The notes: generated by a model from the sequence alone, not told the origin. Shown: positions 19,019-28,182, numbered from the stretch's first letter. The stretch: DNA of 32,051 nucleotides from Dehalococcoidia bacterium (GCA_040882355.1 JBBEBM010000033.1:1-32051), one strand, 5' to 3'. Program-made: numbers and translations.

Positions 19019-22000
19019 CTAGGGTTCGCTCGTATTCGGGTTGATCGGTTCCTGCGGCGGGTGCGGCTCGGCGCACGTGCTGGTGTGGCGGCCGTACACG
19101 AACTGCACGTCCTTGATGTCGACGTCGCCGTCGCCGACGATCTGGCCCGACGGCTCCAGGTCGAAGCGCTCGTTGTAGAGCAGCGAGCCGAGCGTCACGC
19201 CCCAGCGGAACGCGAGGAGCTGCTGGTCACGAATGTCGACGGCACAGTCTCCGTTGACGTCGCCTTCCAGCCAGCGGATGGTGAGGTCGGCGTCCTCACA
19301 GCGGTCGCCCTTGATGGGGTGACCCTGCAGGTCGGCCAGGTTGCAGCCCACGTTGAGGATCTCGACCACGATCCCGTTCTCCTGGTTCGCGCGGATGATT
19401 GAGTAGAGCTCCGGTTGCGGCCGGACGATCACTCGCGCAAGCTCCAGCGAGGTGCTTACCGGGCCGTCCTTGCCCACCACGACGCAGCCGATCCGCGCTA
19501 AGCCGTCCGGCTGCAAGCCCTGGTCCTTGTCGTCGATGAAGCAGGTCATCCCCGTCTCGGTGGGGTACTGGCCCGGCTCGATGTTCACGCACACCAGGTC
19601 CTCATCGAACAGCACCTCGAACTCGAAGCCGCCGATGATCTGGGTCTCGGTCGGGTCCTTCGGATCGGGCGTGCTCGGCAGGTTGGTGAGCCGGTGCTCG
19701 AAGACAACCTTGTTCGTGCTCGCCTCGCAGGTGCTGGGTGGCAGCTTCACGCCCTGGGCCGTCAGGAACAGGTTCGCCTGATCCGGGGACTTCACGTGCG
19801 AGGGAGAGCCGGTCGGCGTTGGCTCGCCCGGCGTCGCCGTAGCTCCGCCTCCTGGGTCCGTGGCCGTGGGTGTCGCCGTCCTGGTTGCGGTGCGCGTCGC
19901 CGTGGGCTGCGGCGTGTTGGTGGCCGTTGCCGTCGCCGTCCGGGTATTGGTCGGCGTTGCCGTTGGCTCCGGGGTATCGGTCGGCGTTGACGTCGGCGTG
20001 CGCGTGTTCGTCGGGGTCGCTGTTGGCTCAGGCGTATCGGTCGACGTGGGTGTCGGCGTGCGCGTGTTCGTCGGGGTCGGCGTGTCCGTCGCCGTCGGTG
20101 TCGGTGTCGGCGTATCTGTCGAGGTGGGAGTTGGCGTGCGCGTGTTCGTTGGGGTTGGCGTATCGGTCGCCGTCGGCGTCGGCGTGCGTGTATTCGTCGG
20201 AGTCGGCGTATCGGTCGCCGTCGGCGTCGGGGTGCGCGTCTTCGTCGCCGTCGGCGTATCGGTCGGCGTCGGCGTGCCCGTCGGGGTATTGGTCACGGTG
20301 GGCGTCGGCGTGCGAGTCGGCGTGTCCGTCGGCGTGCTCGTGGGCGGCGGCGTCAGCGGCGTGTCCGTTGGGGTCGGCGTATCGGTCGGCGTCGGGGTGT
20401 CCGTTCCCGTGGCTGTCGGAGTTGGCGTGCGCGTAACGGTAGGCGTCGGCGTGCGCGTCGCTGTGGGCGTGTTGGTGCCCGTGTTCGTCGGGGTGGGCGT
20501 CCGGGTCGGCGTGTCTGTTGGGGTCGGTGTGTTGGTACCCGTGTTCGTGGGCGTGGGGGTCCGCGTCGGCGTGTTCGTCGGGGTCGGCGTGTTCGTGCCG
20601 GTGTTGGTCGGAGTGGGTGTCCGCGTGGCCGTATTCGTCGGCGTCGGCGTGTTGGTGCCGGTGTTGGTCGGCGTAGGCGTGCGCGTCGGCGTATCCGTCG
20701 GCGTCGGCGTGCGCGTGTTCGTCACCGTCGGCGTCGGCGTGCGCGTGTTCGTCGCCGTCGGCGTCGGCGTGCGCGTGTTCGTCGCCGTCGGCGTCGGCGT
20801 GCGCGTGGCTGTCGCCGTCTTCGTCGGCGTCGGCGTCGGCGTGATGTTTCCGCAGCCGAGGTCGAGCTCTGTCAGACCACCCGAGTTTGCGTACACAACC
20901 TCGATGCGCCGTACGCCGCCGATGTTGACGTTGAACGTCTGGACGCTGCCGTCAGCGCCAATAGGCATCGGCACGGTCCCGAGCGATACGTTGCCGCTGT
21001 CGAAGAACTCCGCGTATGCGTTCGGGTCCGCGTCGTGGTCGACGAAGACGAACGAGTACACGATGCGGTCGTGGTCGAAGGTGTAGATCTGGACGCCGCC
21101 AGCCACGCTGTCGTTAGGGGAGTCTACGAGGCCGTTCGCTGGCGACGTGTCGGTGACGTTTTCAGGAATGATCGAGATGTTGCCGACGTCCACCTCCAGG
21201 TCCGGGTCGGCGGTGCCCGTCTGGAACGTGTCGAACACGATCGTCGTGTTCGGCCGACCGTTGTTGGCCAGCGCGGAGAGGTGGATGCCATCGGCGGCGT
21301 ACTGCTCCGCCAGGATGGTCCCGTGGGGCAGGCCGTCGTAGTCCAGCACCAGCGGCACGCAGGAGCCGAGGGTCGGCGTCGGCGTGAAGGTGGGCGTCCG
21401 AGTCGGCGTGAAGGTCGCCTGAGGCGCGACGGTGTTCGTTGGCGTGGGCGTCCGCGTCCGTGTCGCCGTCTTGGTCGCCGTCTTGGTTGGTGTCGCGCAG
21501 ATCGCGTTCGCGATCTGGTCGAAGAGCTGACTGATGTCGTCGGGCGAGCCGTTGACGTAATGCGCCGGCGACGAGGCCAGGAGCTGGTTAAGCGTGGCGT
21601 CGTCGTTGGAGCTTTGCGAGTAGCCGATGACGTAGACCTGGGTACCGGCGAGCTTCGTCTGGGCCGCCCAGTAGACCGAGTAGACGTCAGCGCCGTCACC
21701 GCTGAAGTAGGTGTCCTGCGTCACGACACCGCTGCGCCTCACCGCCAGCTCGTCACTGTGGCCGCTGACGAAGACCGGAGCGCTGCCGGGATTGGGCCCG
21801 TTTGTCGGATGCACCTCGAACGTGCCGTTGTTGTTGGCGTCCAAGTACAGCGTGCCGTCGATGATGCGGAAGTTGGCTGGCGGGTTGGGCACAACGCCGT
21901 CGAAGTTGTAGTCGTCTGAGTTGTTCAGGGAGCCGCTGTCGTTCGCGTCCAGCTCGTTGATCGGCGAGCTGTTTGAGCGGTTCACCGTCCACAGGCCGTT

Positions 22001-22696
22001 GACCACGATGAAGTCGGCCGTGGAGTCGCCACCGGGAAAGTCGACGCTCAGGTCGTCGGCGGAGTCGATGATGCCGTTGTCGTTCACGTCGATGTGGAAG
22101 TCGTTCTCGCTGCCCGAGTCGTCGATGTCGAGCGGCCGGTTAGAGCCGCCGTCGGAGAGGATCACCATGTAGTCGTTGGTGTCGGGATCGCTGTCGGGCT
22201 CGGTCGGCAGCTCCAGTTGGAGCTGGGCGAGGTTGATGGCGCGGCCGACGTTCGTGTTGCCCAGGGCGTTGTAGCCGGTGATGTCGCTGCGCAACGGCAC
22301 GGCGTTGGTGGTCAGCGTCTCATCGGTTGTCGCGCTGCCGCTGGAGAAACCGATGAGCGCGATCTGGTGAGGAGTCAGGTCATTGTCGCTTGGGCCGCCG
22401 GCGAAGGCGTCGATGAAGCCGATGGCCGCGGTCCTGGCGTTCTCGATCTTGTTCGCCTGGTCGTCCATGCTGCCAGAGTGGTCGAAGACGATGGCGATAT
22501 CGACGGGATTCGCACAGCTCTCCTCGCCGGTAGCGCCGGCGAGCTGTCCGTTTGCGGAGAGGAGGGTGACGAGCGCGCCAACCGCCACGACGAGCGCTCC
22601 CACGGTGAGGCCAAACCACCCGACGCGCCGCCAGAGCGCGCCCGCATAGGTGATGCGCGATTGATCCTTGCGCTCAAAGCGAGAGTCAAGCCCCAA
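19019..22696 (-). CDS. Large secreted surface protein: signal/TM - vWA domain - beta-rich domain - Thr/Pro stalk - cohesin-like domain - dockerin-like domain
   Basis: Hydrophobic N-terminus; MIDAS DHSGS, TNVG and ILSDG; ~340-aa TP-rich tract; [14 protein letters not shown] cohesin-like strand; [13 protein letters not shown]...GDGDVDIKD duplicated Ca-binding loops. Confidence 0.85.
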   Translation of the reverse strand: MGLDSRFERKDQSRITYAGALWRRVGWFGLTVGALVVAVGALVTLLSANGQLAGATGEESCANPVDIAIVFDHSGSMDDQANKIENARTAAIGFIDAFAGGPSDNDLTPHQIALIGFSSGSATTDETLTTNAVPLRSDITGYNALGNTNVGRAINLAQLQLELPTEPDSDPDTNDYMVILSDGGSNRPLDIDDSGSENDFHIDVNDNGIIDSADDLSVDFPGGDSTADFIVVNGLWTVNRSNSSPINELDANDSGSLNNSDDYNFDGVVPNPPANFRIIDGTLYLDANNNGTFEVHPTNGPNPGSAPVFVSGHSDELAVRRSGVVTQDTYFSGDGADVYSVYWAAQTKLAGTQVYVIGYSQSSNDDATLNQLLASSPAHYVNGSPDDISQLFDQIANAICATPTKTATKTATRTRTPTPTNTVAPQATFTPTRTPTFTPTPTLGSCVPLVLDYDGLPHGTILAEQYAADGIHLSALANNGRPNTTIVFDTFQTGTADPDLEVDVGNISIIPENVTDTSPANGLVDSPNDSVAGGVQIYTFDHDRIVYSFVFVDHDADPNAYAEFFDSGNVSLGTVPMPIGADGSVQTFNVNIGGVRRIEVVYANSGGLTELDLGCGNITPTPTPTKTATATRTPTPTATNTRTPTPTATNTRTPTPTVTNTRTPTPTDTPTRTPTPTNTGTNTPTPTNTATRTPTPTNTGTNTPTPTNTPTRTPTPTNTGTNTPTPTDTPTRTPTPTNTGTNTPTATRTPTPTVTRTPTPTATGTDTPTPTDTPTPTDTPLTPPPTSTPTDTPTRTPTPTVTNTPTGTPTPTDTPTATKTRTPTPTATDTPTPTNTRTPTPTATDTPTPTNTRTPTPTSTDTPTPTPTATDTPTPTNTRTPTPTSTDTPEPTATPTNTRTPTSTPTDTPEPTATPTNTRTATATATNTPQPTATRTATRTATPTATDPGGGATATPGEPTPTGSPSHVKSPDQANLFLTAQGVKLPPSTCEASTNKVVFEHRLTNLPSTPDPKDPTETQIIGGFEFEVLFDEDLVCVNIEPGQYPTETGMTCFIDDKDQGLQPDGLARIGCVVVGKDGPVSTSLELARVIVRPQPELYSIIRANQENGIVVEILNVGCNLADLQGHPIKGDRCEDADLTIRWLEGDVNGDCAVDIRDQQLLAFRWGVTLGSLLYNERFDLEPSGQIVGDGDVDIKDVQFVYGRHTSTCAEPHPPQEPINPNTSEP
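19810..20845 (-). repeat. Thr/Pro-rich coding repeats (units such as [10 protein letters not shown], 30 bp)
   Basis: Near-exact 30-bp repeats GTCGGCGTCGGCGTGCGCGTGTTCGTC(G/A)CC at ~20697-20810, degenerate elsewhere. Confidence 0.9.
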
Positions 22697-22872
22697 GCGA
22701 GTCTCCCTCTACGATATTGCACCGCAAGCCCGCTCCTGGCAGGCAGCAGCATCTAGTGCGGGGAAAAGTATAGGGGCGCTGCGTCGGCGGGGAACCAACG
22801 CCACCAGTCAGGTTGAATCTAGCAGAGTATTGCCAAGGGTGTCAACCCCAAAGGCCCGCCTGAGCCGAAATT

Positions 22873-23775
22873 TTATGCCTGGAGCTGCGAATCTGAGCCG
22901 GATGGCGGGCTACCGCCGCCCCGCCGGAGCAGAACAGCGCCCCCAACCACGGCAAGGGCGACCGCCACGACCGCCGCGATCCCGATGATGACCCAGACGG
23001 AGCTTCCGCCGCCGCTCCCCTCAAGCTCCACTGACGCGCTCTGCGGGTCGTGCGGGATGTTGACTATCTGGCCTTCCTGGCTGCCGGGCGGGTCAACGTC
23101 GTCCAGCAAGAGCTGCGTATCGGTGAGTTGCAACTCGGCCGTGCCATCGCCGATCGCTTCGAAGGTCATCGTGGCGAGGGCATCCGAACCTGATACGCCC
23201 GCTGGACCGTCGAGAGAGACGGGCGGCCCCGAGCTGAAGCAGTTGATGAAGACGCGCGTTCGTTCTACTTTTCCGACCTCCAGCGCCTTGTCCGTCTCCG
23301 ATGCCGGGAACCAGGCCGTAACGGCGCCCTCGCCCTCGTCAGGCGCCTGGATGATCACTCCTTGAATCGTATTCAGCTCCGTGTCGATCTGAGAGACCGA
23401 CCCGCTCAGCTCCACCCAGCCGTTCGGGCTGTCGACGCACTGGGGCTCGCGCTCGCCGTCGATGAAGAACGGCTCCATCTGACCCGATACGAGCCGGAGC
23501 TGTTCGTGGTCGTAGTCGATGAAGGCGTCGAAGCCGGCAAGGTGCTCGACGTTCTCGATCACCAGTTGCACGTCGAACTGCTCGCCGTCGGCGATGGGGC
23601 CCGGCGGCGCCTCAACGCGCAGGACGGTCGAGGCCGCCCCCGCCGTCGGCGTGGGGGAAGGTTCCTGGGCGAGCGAGATGGACGGCCCCAGCAGGAGCGC
23701 GGCCAGCGTCGCTGCGACGGCAAGCGCAAGCGTCCGCCTGCCGGGCCTGCGCGTTCCTGAATCGTGGACCGTCAT
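22873..23775 (-). CDS. Cohesin-domain protein with signal peptide and C-terminal membrane anchor
   Basis: Signal peptide ...SISLA/QE; GEQFDVQLVIENVEHLAGFDAFIDYDHEQL and SGSDALATMTFEAIGDGTAELQL cohesin motifs; GSGGGSS linker, TM helix, then RR; ATG 23775 lies 9 nt after TATACT. Confidence 0.8.
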   Translation of the reverse strand: MTVHDSGTRRPGRRTLALAVAATLAALLLGPSISLAQEPSPTPTAGAASTVLRVEAPPGPIADGEQFDVQLVIENVEHLAGFDAFIDYDHEQLRLVSGQMEPFFIDGEREPQCVDSPNGWVELSGSVSQIDTELNTIQGVIIQAPDEGEGAVTAWFPASETDKALEVGKVERTRVFINCFSSGPPVSLDGPAGVSGSDALATMTFEAIGDGTAELQLTDTQLLLDDVDPPGSQEGQIVNIPHDPQSASVELEGSGGGSSVWVIIGIAAVVAVALAVVGGAVLLRRGGGSPPSGSDSQLQA

Positions 23776-23821
23776 TTGGGTCTGAGTATACAACGATGGG
23801 CCACTATAGTCAGCGGCCACG

Positions 23822-25015
23822 CTAAGGCGCAGACAGGACGATCACGACGTTGTTCCCGCCGAAGGCGAAGGCGTTCGAGACCACATGGCGCAGCTCCACC
23901 CCTTCGCGGGCCTTGGGCACGAAATCGAAGGCCTCGTAGCCTTCGATGGGCGTCCTCAGGCCGACCGTCGGCGGGAGGAAGCGCTCGCGCAGCGCCAGCG
24001 CGCAGATGACGGCTTCGCCCGCGCCGCTGGCGCCCAGCGCGTGGCCGAGCATGCCCTTCGTGGATGAGATGGGGACCGAGGCCGCGCGTTCGCCGAAGAC
24101 CTGTGTGAGCGCGGCCAGCTCCACCGGATCGTTCTGCGGCGTGCCTGTGCCATGCGTGTTGATGTAGTCGATGGCATCCGACGCGAGGCCGGCGTCGGCA
24201 AGTGCGCGGCGGAGCGCCAGCACAGCGCCGGCGCCCTGCTCGTCCGGCCTGACGACGTGGAACGCGTCGGCGCTCGCTCCCGAGCCGGCGACGCGCGCGT
24301 AGGGCCGGACACCGCGACTCTGGACGCGCTCTGCCGATTCCAGCACGACAAAGGCGGCGAGCTCAGCGAGCTGGACGCCGTCGCGCTCCGCATCGAAGGG
24401 GTGAACGCCCGTGGGCGAGATAGCGCGGAGCGCCTCGAAGCCGGCAAGCGCCATCCTGGTAAGCACCTCGGCGCCGCCCACGACGGCGACCTCCGCCCGG
24501 CCGCCACGGATAAGGTCGGCGCCAACGGCGATCGCCTGGGCGCCGGCGGCGCAGGCGTTGACGAAGGTGAGCTGGCGCCCGCGAAGACCGAGGCGGACGG
24601 CCAGCTTGCTGGTGGTGGCGTTGGGCGGCTGCAGCGGGTCGGGATTTTCCATGATGAGGGCGGCTTCGGACGCGCCCAAGGAGCGCGTGATCGCCCGCAT
24701 GTCGCCGGCGGCGGTGCCCAGCGCCAGCGTGGCGTCCTCCGGCAGTGAGCCGTCGAGGCCGGCGTCGGCGATCGCTTCGCGGCAGGCGCGGAGCGCGAAC
24801 GCGAGGCAGCGTCCTTCCTCCAGGTCGGCCCCATCGCCGGCAAAGGCCGCATCGTCGACCTCCGCGCCCTGGCCGATGCGGAAGTCCGCCGGATCGAGCT
24901 CGCGCAGCCGGCCGAGCCCGCAGCAGCCCGCGCGCAGTCCTTCCACGAAGGCGACTTTCCCGACGCCGATGGGCGAGACGATGCCCAGGCCGGTGATGTA
25001 CGCGTCGCTGCTCAC
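23822..25015 (-). CDS. Beta-ketoacyl-ACP synthase (FabF-like / type II KS), catalytically intact
   Basis: Cys in NACAAG, His in THGTGT, Lys/His in STKGMLGH, SNAFAFGGNN. Confidence 0.93.
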   Translation of the reverse strand: MSSDAYITGLGIVSPIGVGKVAFVEGLRAGCCGLGRLRELDPADFRIGQGAEVDDAAFAGDGADLEEGRCLAFALRACREAIADAGLDGSLPEDATLALGTAAGDMRAITRSLGASEAALIMENPDPLQPPNATTSKLAVRLGLRGRQLTFVNACAAGAQAIAVGADLIRGGRAEVAVVGGAEVLTRMALAGFEALRAISPTGVHPFDAERDGVQLAELAAFVVLESAERVQSRGVRPYARVAGSGASADAFHVVRPDEQGAGAVLALRRALADAGLASDAIDYINTHGTGTPQNDPVELAALTQVFGERAASVPISSTKGMLGHALGASGAGEAVICALALRERFLPPTVGLRTPIEGYEAFDFVPKAREGVELRHVVSNAFAFGGNNVVIVLSAP

Positions 25016-26100
25016 GGCGGAGCCCTCACCACGAGGCTGGTCACCGCACCGCCCATCTCGAAGGCGTTGACGAGGACCGTCTCGCCGGCCTTGCCCTCCA
25101 GGTACGCGAGGCCCACGAGCAGGCTGATGGCGGCGGCGGCACCGAGCGTTTCGCCGAGCAGTCGCTTCGGACGCAGCAGGGTCAGCGACGCGCCACGCTC
25201 GCCGAAGACGGCATCGACCGCCGCGCGCTCGCAGCGCTCGGCGAGCTCATCGCCGCTTGCGAGCACGACCGTCGAGACCGCGTCCGCCGCGACGCAGGCA
25301 TCGGCAAGCGCGCCGCGCATTGCGCTGGCGAGCGCCGTGCCATCGTGGTCCGCGCTCCACGGCAGGGCGACCTCCTGGGGCTCGGACGCGGCGCCTGCGC
25401 CGATCAGCTCCGCGAAACGGGAGGCGCCGCGCGCCTCGGCGTGCGCCGCCTCCTCGAGCACGACGAAGGCCGCACCCTGCGCCGGCGCGGGATGCTCGAC
25501 GCCGGAGCGCCGCACCAGCTCGTGGAAGTAGCGCAGGCACTTGGGAGACTGGAACTCGCCGCCGCCGGCGACGACGGCAGGGTCGCGGCCGCCGCGCACC
25601 CAATCGAGTGCGACCTCAAGGGCGCTGCTGCCGCCGAGCACCGTCGTGCTGCCGCGCAGGCCCAGCGCGATGCCGACGCGGCTCGCGGGCATGCTGAGCA
25701 GGCTATCGACGAAGACGGCGGGGCGCGCCGCCCGCGGCCCGGACGTCAACAGGCGCTCGAGGTAGGGCTCAAGCCAGGTGGTAGGGCCGAAGATCGTGTT
25801 CATCGCCAGACCCACGTCATCGAGCGGGCCGTCGCCCGTCGCGAGCCTCGCTTCGCTTAGCGCTTGGCGGACAGCAGCCGTCGCCATCGCGCCCAGGGGC
25901 TCGTCGTGCCTGGCCGCGACAAAGGCAGCGAGCGCGTCGGCATCGGAGAGGAGGTGGCAGAGCGGCGGCTCGTCGGGCAAGGCGCCGAGGAAGGGGCGCG
26001 GCCCCGCGCCCTGCTCCGCTCTCACCGCCGTTGCGAACGACGGCCAATCGCAGCCGATGGGCGACAGGACGCCGCGGCCGGTGATGACGGCGCGTTTCAT
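25012..26100 (-). CDS. Non-catalytic ketosynthase homolog (chain-length-factor-like)
   Basis: KS fold (RAVITGRGVLSPIG, QGAAFVVLEE, PKRLLGETLGA), but the catalytic Cys loop is missing (TVLGGSSAL), there is no HGTGT, and the second His is Glu. Confidence 0.85.
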   Translation of the reverse strand: MKRAVITGRGVLSPIGCDWPSFATAVRAEQGAGPRPFLGALPDEPPLCHLLSDADALAAFVAARHDEPLGAMATAAVRQALSEARLATGDGPLDDVGLAMNTIFGPTTWLEPYLERLLTSGPRAARPAVFVDSLLSMPASRVGIALGLRGSTTVLGGSSALEVALDWVRGGRDPAVVAGGGEFQSPKCLRYFHELVRRSGVEHPAPAQGAAFVVLEEAAHAEARGASRFAELIGAGAASEPQEVALPWSADHDGTALASAMRGALADACVAADAVSTVVLASGDELAERCERAAVDAVFGERGASLTLLRPKRLLGETLGAAAAISLLVGLAYLEGKAGETVLVNAFEMGGAVTSLVVRAPP

Positions 26101-26402
26101 GCGGGAGGATCGCGTTGCTCGCTGAGGAGCTGTTTGAGGAGCGCCATCACCTGGTCCACGGTGCGCAGGTCCGCCGGATCGATTTCGGTCGGCAGGACGA
26201 GGTCGAACGCCTCCTCCAGCTCGGTCGCGATCTCGACCGCATCGAGCGAGTCGAGGCCGAGCGACTCCTCGCCTTCGTCGAGGCTGTACAGTGGGTCGTT
26301 GTTCCCGATCTCCTGCCAGGTGAGCGGGCGCTCGCGCGGCGTGCGCATGAACACGTCGGCGATGATCTCCTTCACGCGCTGCTCACTCAGGGGTTCGCTC
26401 AT
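26097..26402 (-). CDS. Acyl carrier protein
   Basis: LGLDSLDAVEI phosphopantetheine site, ELEEAF, LRTVDQV; acidic, 101 aa. Confidence 0.92.
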   Translation of the reverse strand: MSEPLSEQRVKEIIADVFMRTPRERPLTWQEIGNNDPLYSLDEGEESLGLDSLDAVEIATELEEAFDLVLPTEIDPADLRTVDQVMALLKQLLSEQRDPPA

Positions 26403-26449
26403 GACGGCGCTGCAGCGTCAGGGTAGCATGGCGTGGCGCGTTGATCGCG

Positions 26450-27145
26450 TCAGCGCGCCGTCACTTGGGCGGCGTCGAGCGCCACCCGGAAGCCGTAGTC
26501 GTTGTAGCGGAACGCCGGGTCCAGACTGCTGCGGGCGGCGCAGCGGCTGATCTTGATCTGGTGGCGCCAGGCGCCGCCGCGCGAGGCGCGACGGGTGCCG
26601 CTGGCCGGGCCTTCCGGGTCGCGTTCAGGCGAATCGCGATAATAGCGCGCGCCGTACCAGTCGGAGCACCACTCGTGGACGTTGTACGCCATGTCGAAGA
26701 GGCCGTAGCCGTTCGGTGCGGACAGACCGACCGAGCGAGGCGCGTCCTGCTCGAACCGCCCGCCTGCCTCGCCGGGATCGTCGCCCCAGGGGAAAAGCGC
26801 GCCCTCGACACCGCCGCGCGCCGCCTTCTCGCGCTCCGCCTCGGTGGGCAGGCGATAGGAACTGCCGCTCACGGAGCGCAGCCAATCGCAGTAGGCAACG
26901 GCGTCCAACCAGCTCACGCCGACGACGGGCTGGTCGGGCGCGTTGAAGCGCGCGTCCTCCCAGAAGCCGGGCGGCTGGCGCGCACTGGCGCCAAGGAACG
27001 CCTCGTACTCTCGATTCGTCACCGGCAGGAGCGCGATGCGAAACGCGCTCACCCAGACGCGATGCGCCGGGCGCTCGTCGGACCGGCCGGCGTCGTCGCC
27101 CATAGTGAACGCGCCGCCGGGTATGAGGGCAGTGGGAGGTTCCAT
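26450..27145 (-). CDS. Formylglycine-generating-enzyme-fold protein (SUMF1/EgtB/PvdO family)
   Basis: IPGGAFTMG, ERPAHRV, PVTNREY, PVVGVSWLDA, RLPTEAE.EKAARGG, PNGYGLFDM..NV.EW, RGGAW and GFRVA. Confidence 0.92.
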   Translation of the reverse strand: MEPPTALIPGGAFTMGDDAGRSDERPAHRVWVSAFRIALLPVTNREYEAFLGASARQPPGFWEDARFNAPDQPVVGVSWLDAVAYCDWLRSVSGSSYRLPTEAEREKAARGGVEGALFPWGDDPGEAGGRFEQDAPRSVGLSAPNGYGLFDMAYNVHEWCSDWYGARYYRDSPERDPEGPASGTRRASRGGAWRHQIKISRCAARSSLDPAFRYNDYGFRVALDAAQVTAR

Positions 27146-27153
27146 GACCGCCC

Positions 27154-28182
27154 TTACGGCGTGACGACCACCTTGCCGAACTGGGCGCGGTCGAGCAGGC
27201 GCTGGACGGCCTGGCGGATCTCGGAAAGCGGGTAGACGTTGTCGACGACGGGCTTGATGCGGCCCGACTTTACGAACGGCAGCGCCGTCAGCAGCTCCCC
27301 CTTCGTGCCCAGGAACGAGCCGAGGATCGACTGCTGGGCGAGGAAGAAGCGGCTGATGTGGAACGCGCCGTCGTTGCCCGCGGTAGCCCCGCAGGTCACC
27401 AGGCGACCGTTACGCGCCAGCGCACCGACGCTGCCGGCGAAGATCTCGCCGCCGACGTGCTCAACGACAACGTCGACGCCGCGGCCGCCGCTGAGGCGCC
27501 GCGCCTCCTGCGCCAGGTCGGAGGTTGCGTAGTTGATCGTCTCGTCGGCGCCGAGCTCGCGGGCCCGCTCGAGCTTGGCATCGGAGCCGGCGCTGGCGAT
27601 CACACGCGCGTCGCGGAGCTTGGCGACCTGAATCGCGAAGACGCCGACGCCGGACCCGGCGGCGTTCACGAGCACGGTCTCCCCCTGGCGGACCTGCGCC
27701 CTTGTGACGAGCATGTGCCACGCGGTGACGAGCGTCAGCGGCAGCGACGCCGCCTCCTCGAACGAGAGGCCGCCAGGCTTCGGGACGACGTTCTCCGGCG
27801 AGACGGCGACGAACTCGGCGAGCCCGCCGGGCACGCCCTGGCCGAGGACGCGAAACTGCGGACAGTTGTTGTCCTCGCCGGAGAGGCAGGCGCGGCACTG
27901 GTTGCAGCTCACCCCCGACTGCAAGAGCACCTCCGAGCCCGCGCTGATGCCCCGCACCGCCACGCCGACGCTTTCCACCACGCCGGAGACGTCGGCGCCC
28001 AGGAGCCGGGGCGGGTCGAAGTTCGCGCCGGGCGGCATCTTCGCCGCCCACGCCTCCAGGTGGTTGAGGGCGCAGGCGCGCACGCGCACCAGCACCTGGT
28101 GCGGGCCTGGCTCGAGGTCGGGCGCGTCCTCGTAGACATAGGAATCGATCCCGGCGCTCTGATGGATGCGTGCCGCTTTCAT
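27154..28182 (-). CDS. Zinc-binding medium-chain dehydrogenase/reductase (QOR/enoyl-reductase-like)
   Basis: Structural Zn CNQCRAC...C, AAGSGVG nucleotide motif, GRLVTCGATAG and GKVV; catalytic-Zn positions replaced (ALNHLE, GAD). Confidence 0.9.
   Translation of the reverse strand: MKAARIHQSAGIDSYVYEDAPDLEPGPHQVLVRVRACALNHLEAWAAKMPPGANFDPPRLLGADVSGVVESVGVAVRGISAGSEVLLQSGVSCNQCRACLSGEDNNCPQFRVLGQGVPGGLAEFVAVSPENVVPKPGGLSFEEAASLPLTLVTAWHMLVTRAQVRQGETVLVNAAGSGVGVFAIQVAKLRDARVIASAGSDAKLERARELGADETINYATSDLAQEARRLSGGRGVDVVVEHVGGEIFAGSVGALARNGRLVTCGATAGNDGAFHISRFFLAQQSILGSFLGTKGELLTALPFVKSGRIKPVVDNVYPLSEIRQAVQRLLDRAQFGKVVVTP

Noticed and set aside
19860..21086. 408-aa Val/Gly-rich ORF on the plus strand
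   Set aside because: Antisense shadow of the Thr/Pro repeat of the minus-strand surface protein
19019..23775. Calling the cohesin-dockerin pair a cellulosome
   Set aside because: No glycoside hydrolase or multi-cohesin scaffoldin is recognisable in the window
23822..26402. Calling the KS cassette an aromatic type II PKS or housekeeping fabF-acpP
   Set aside because: There is no cyclase/aromatase and no Gln-type CLF motif, and the inactive partner and atypical ACP do not fit a standard fab operon; left unclassified
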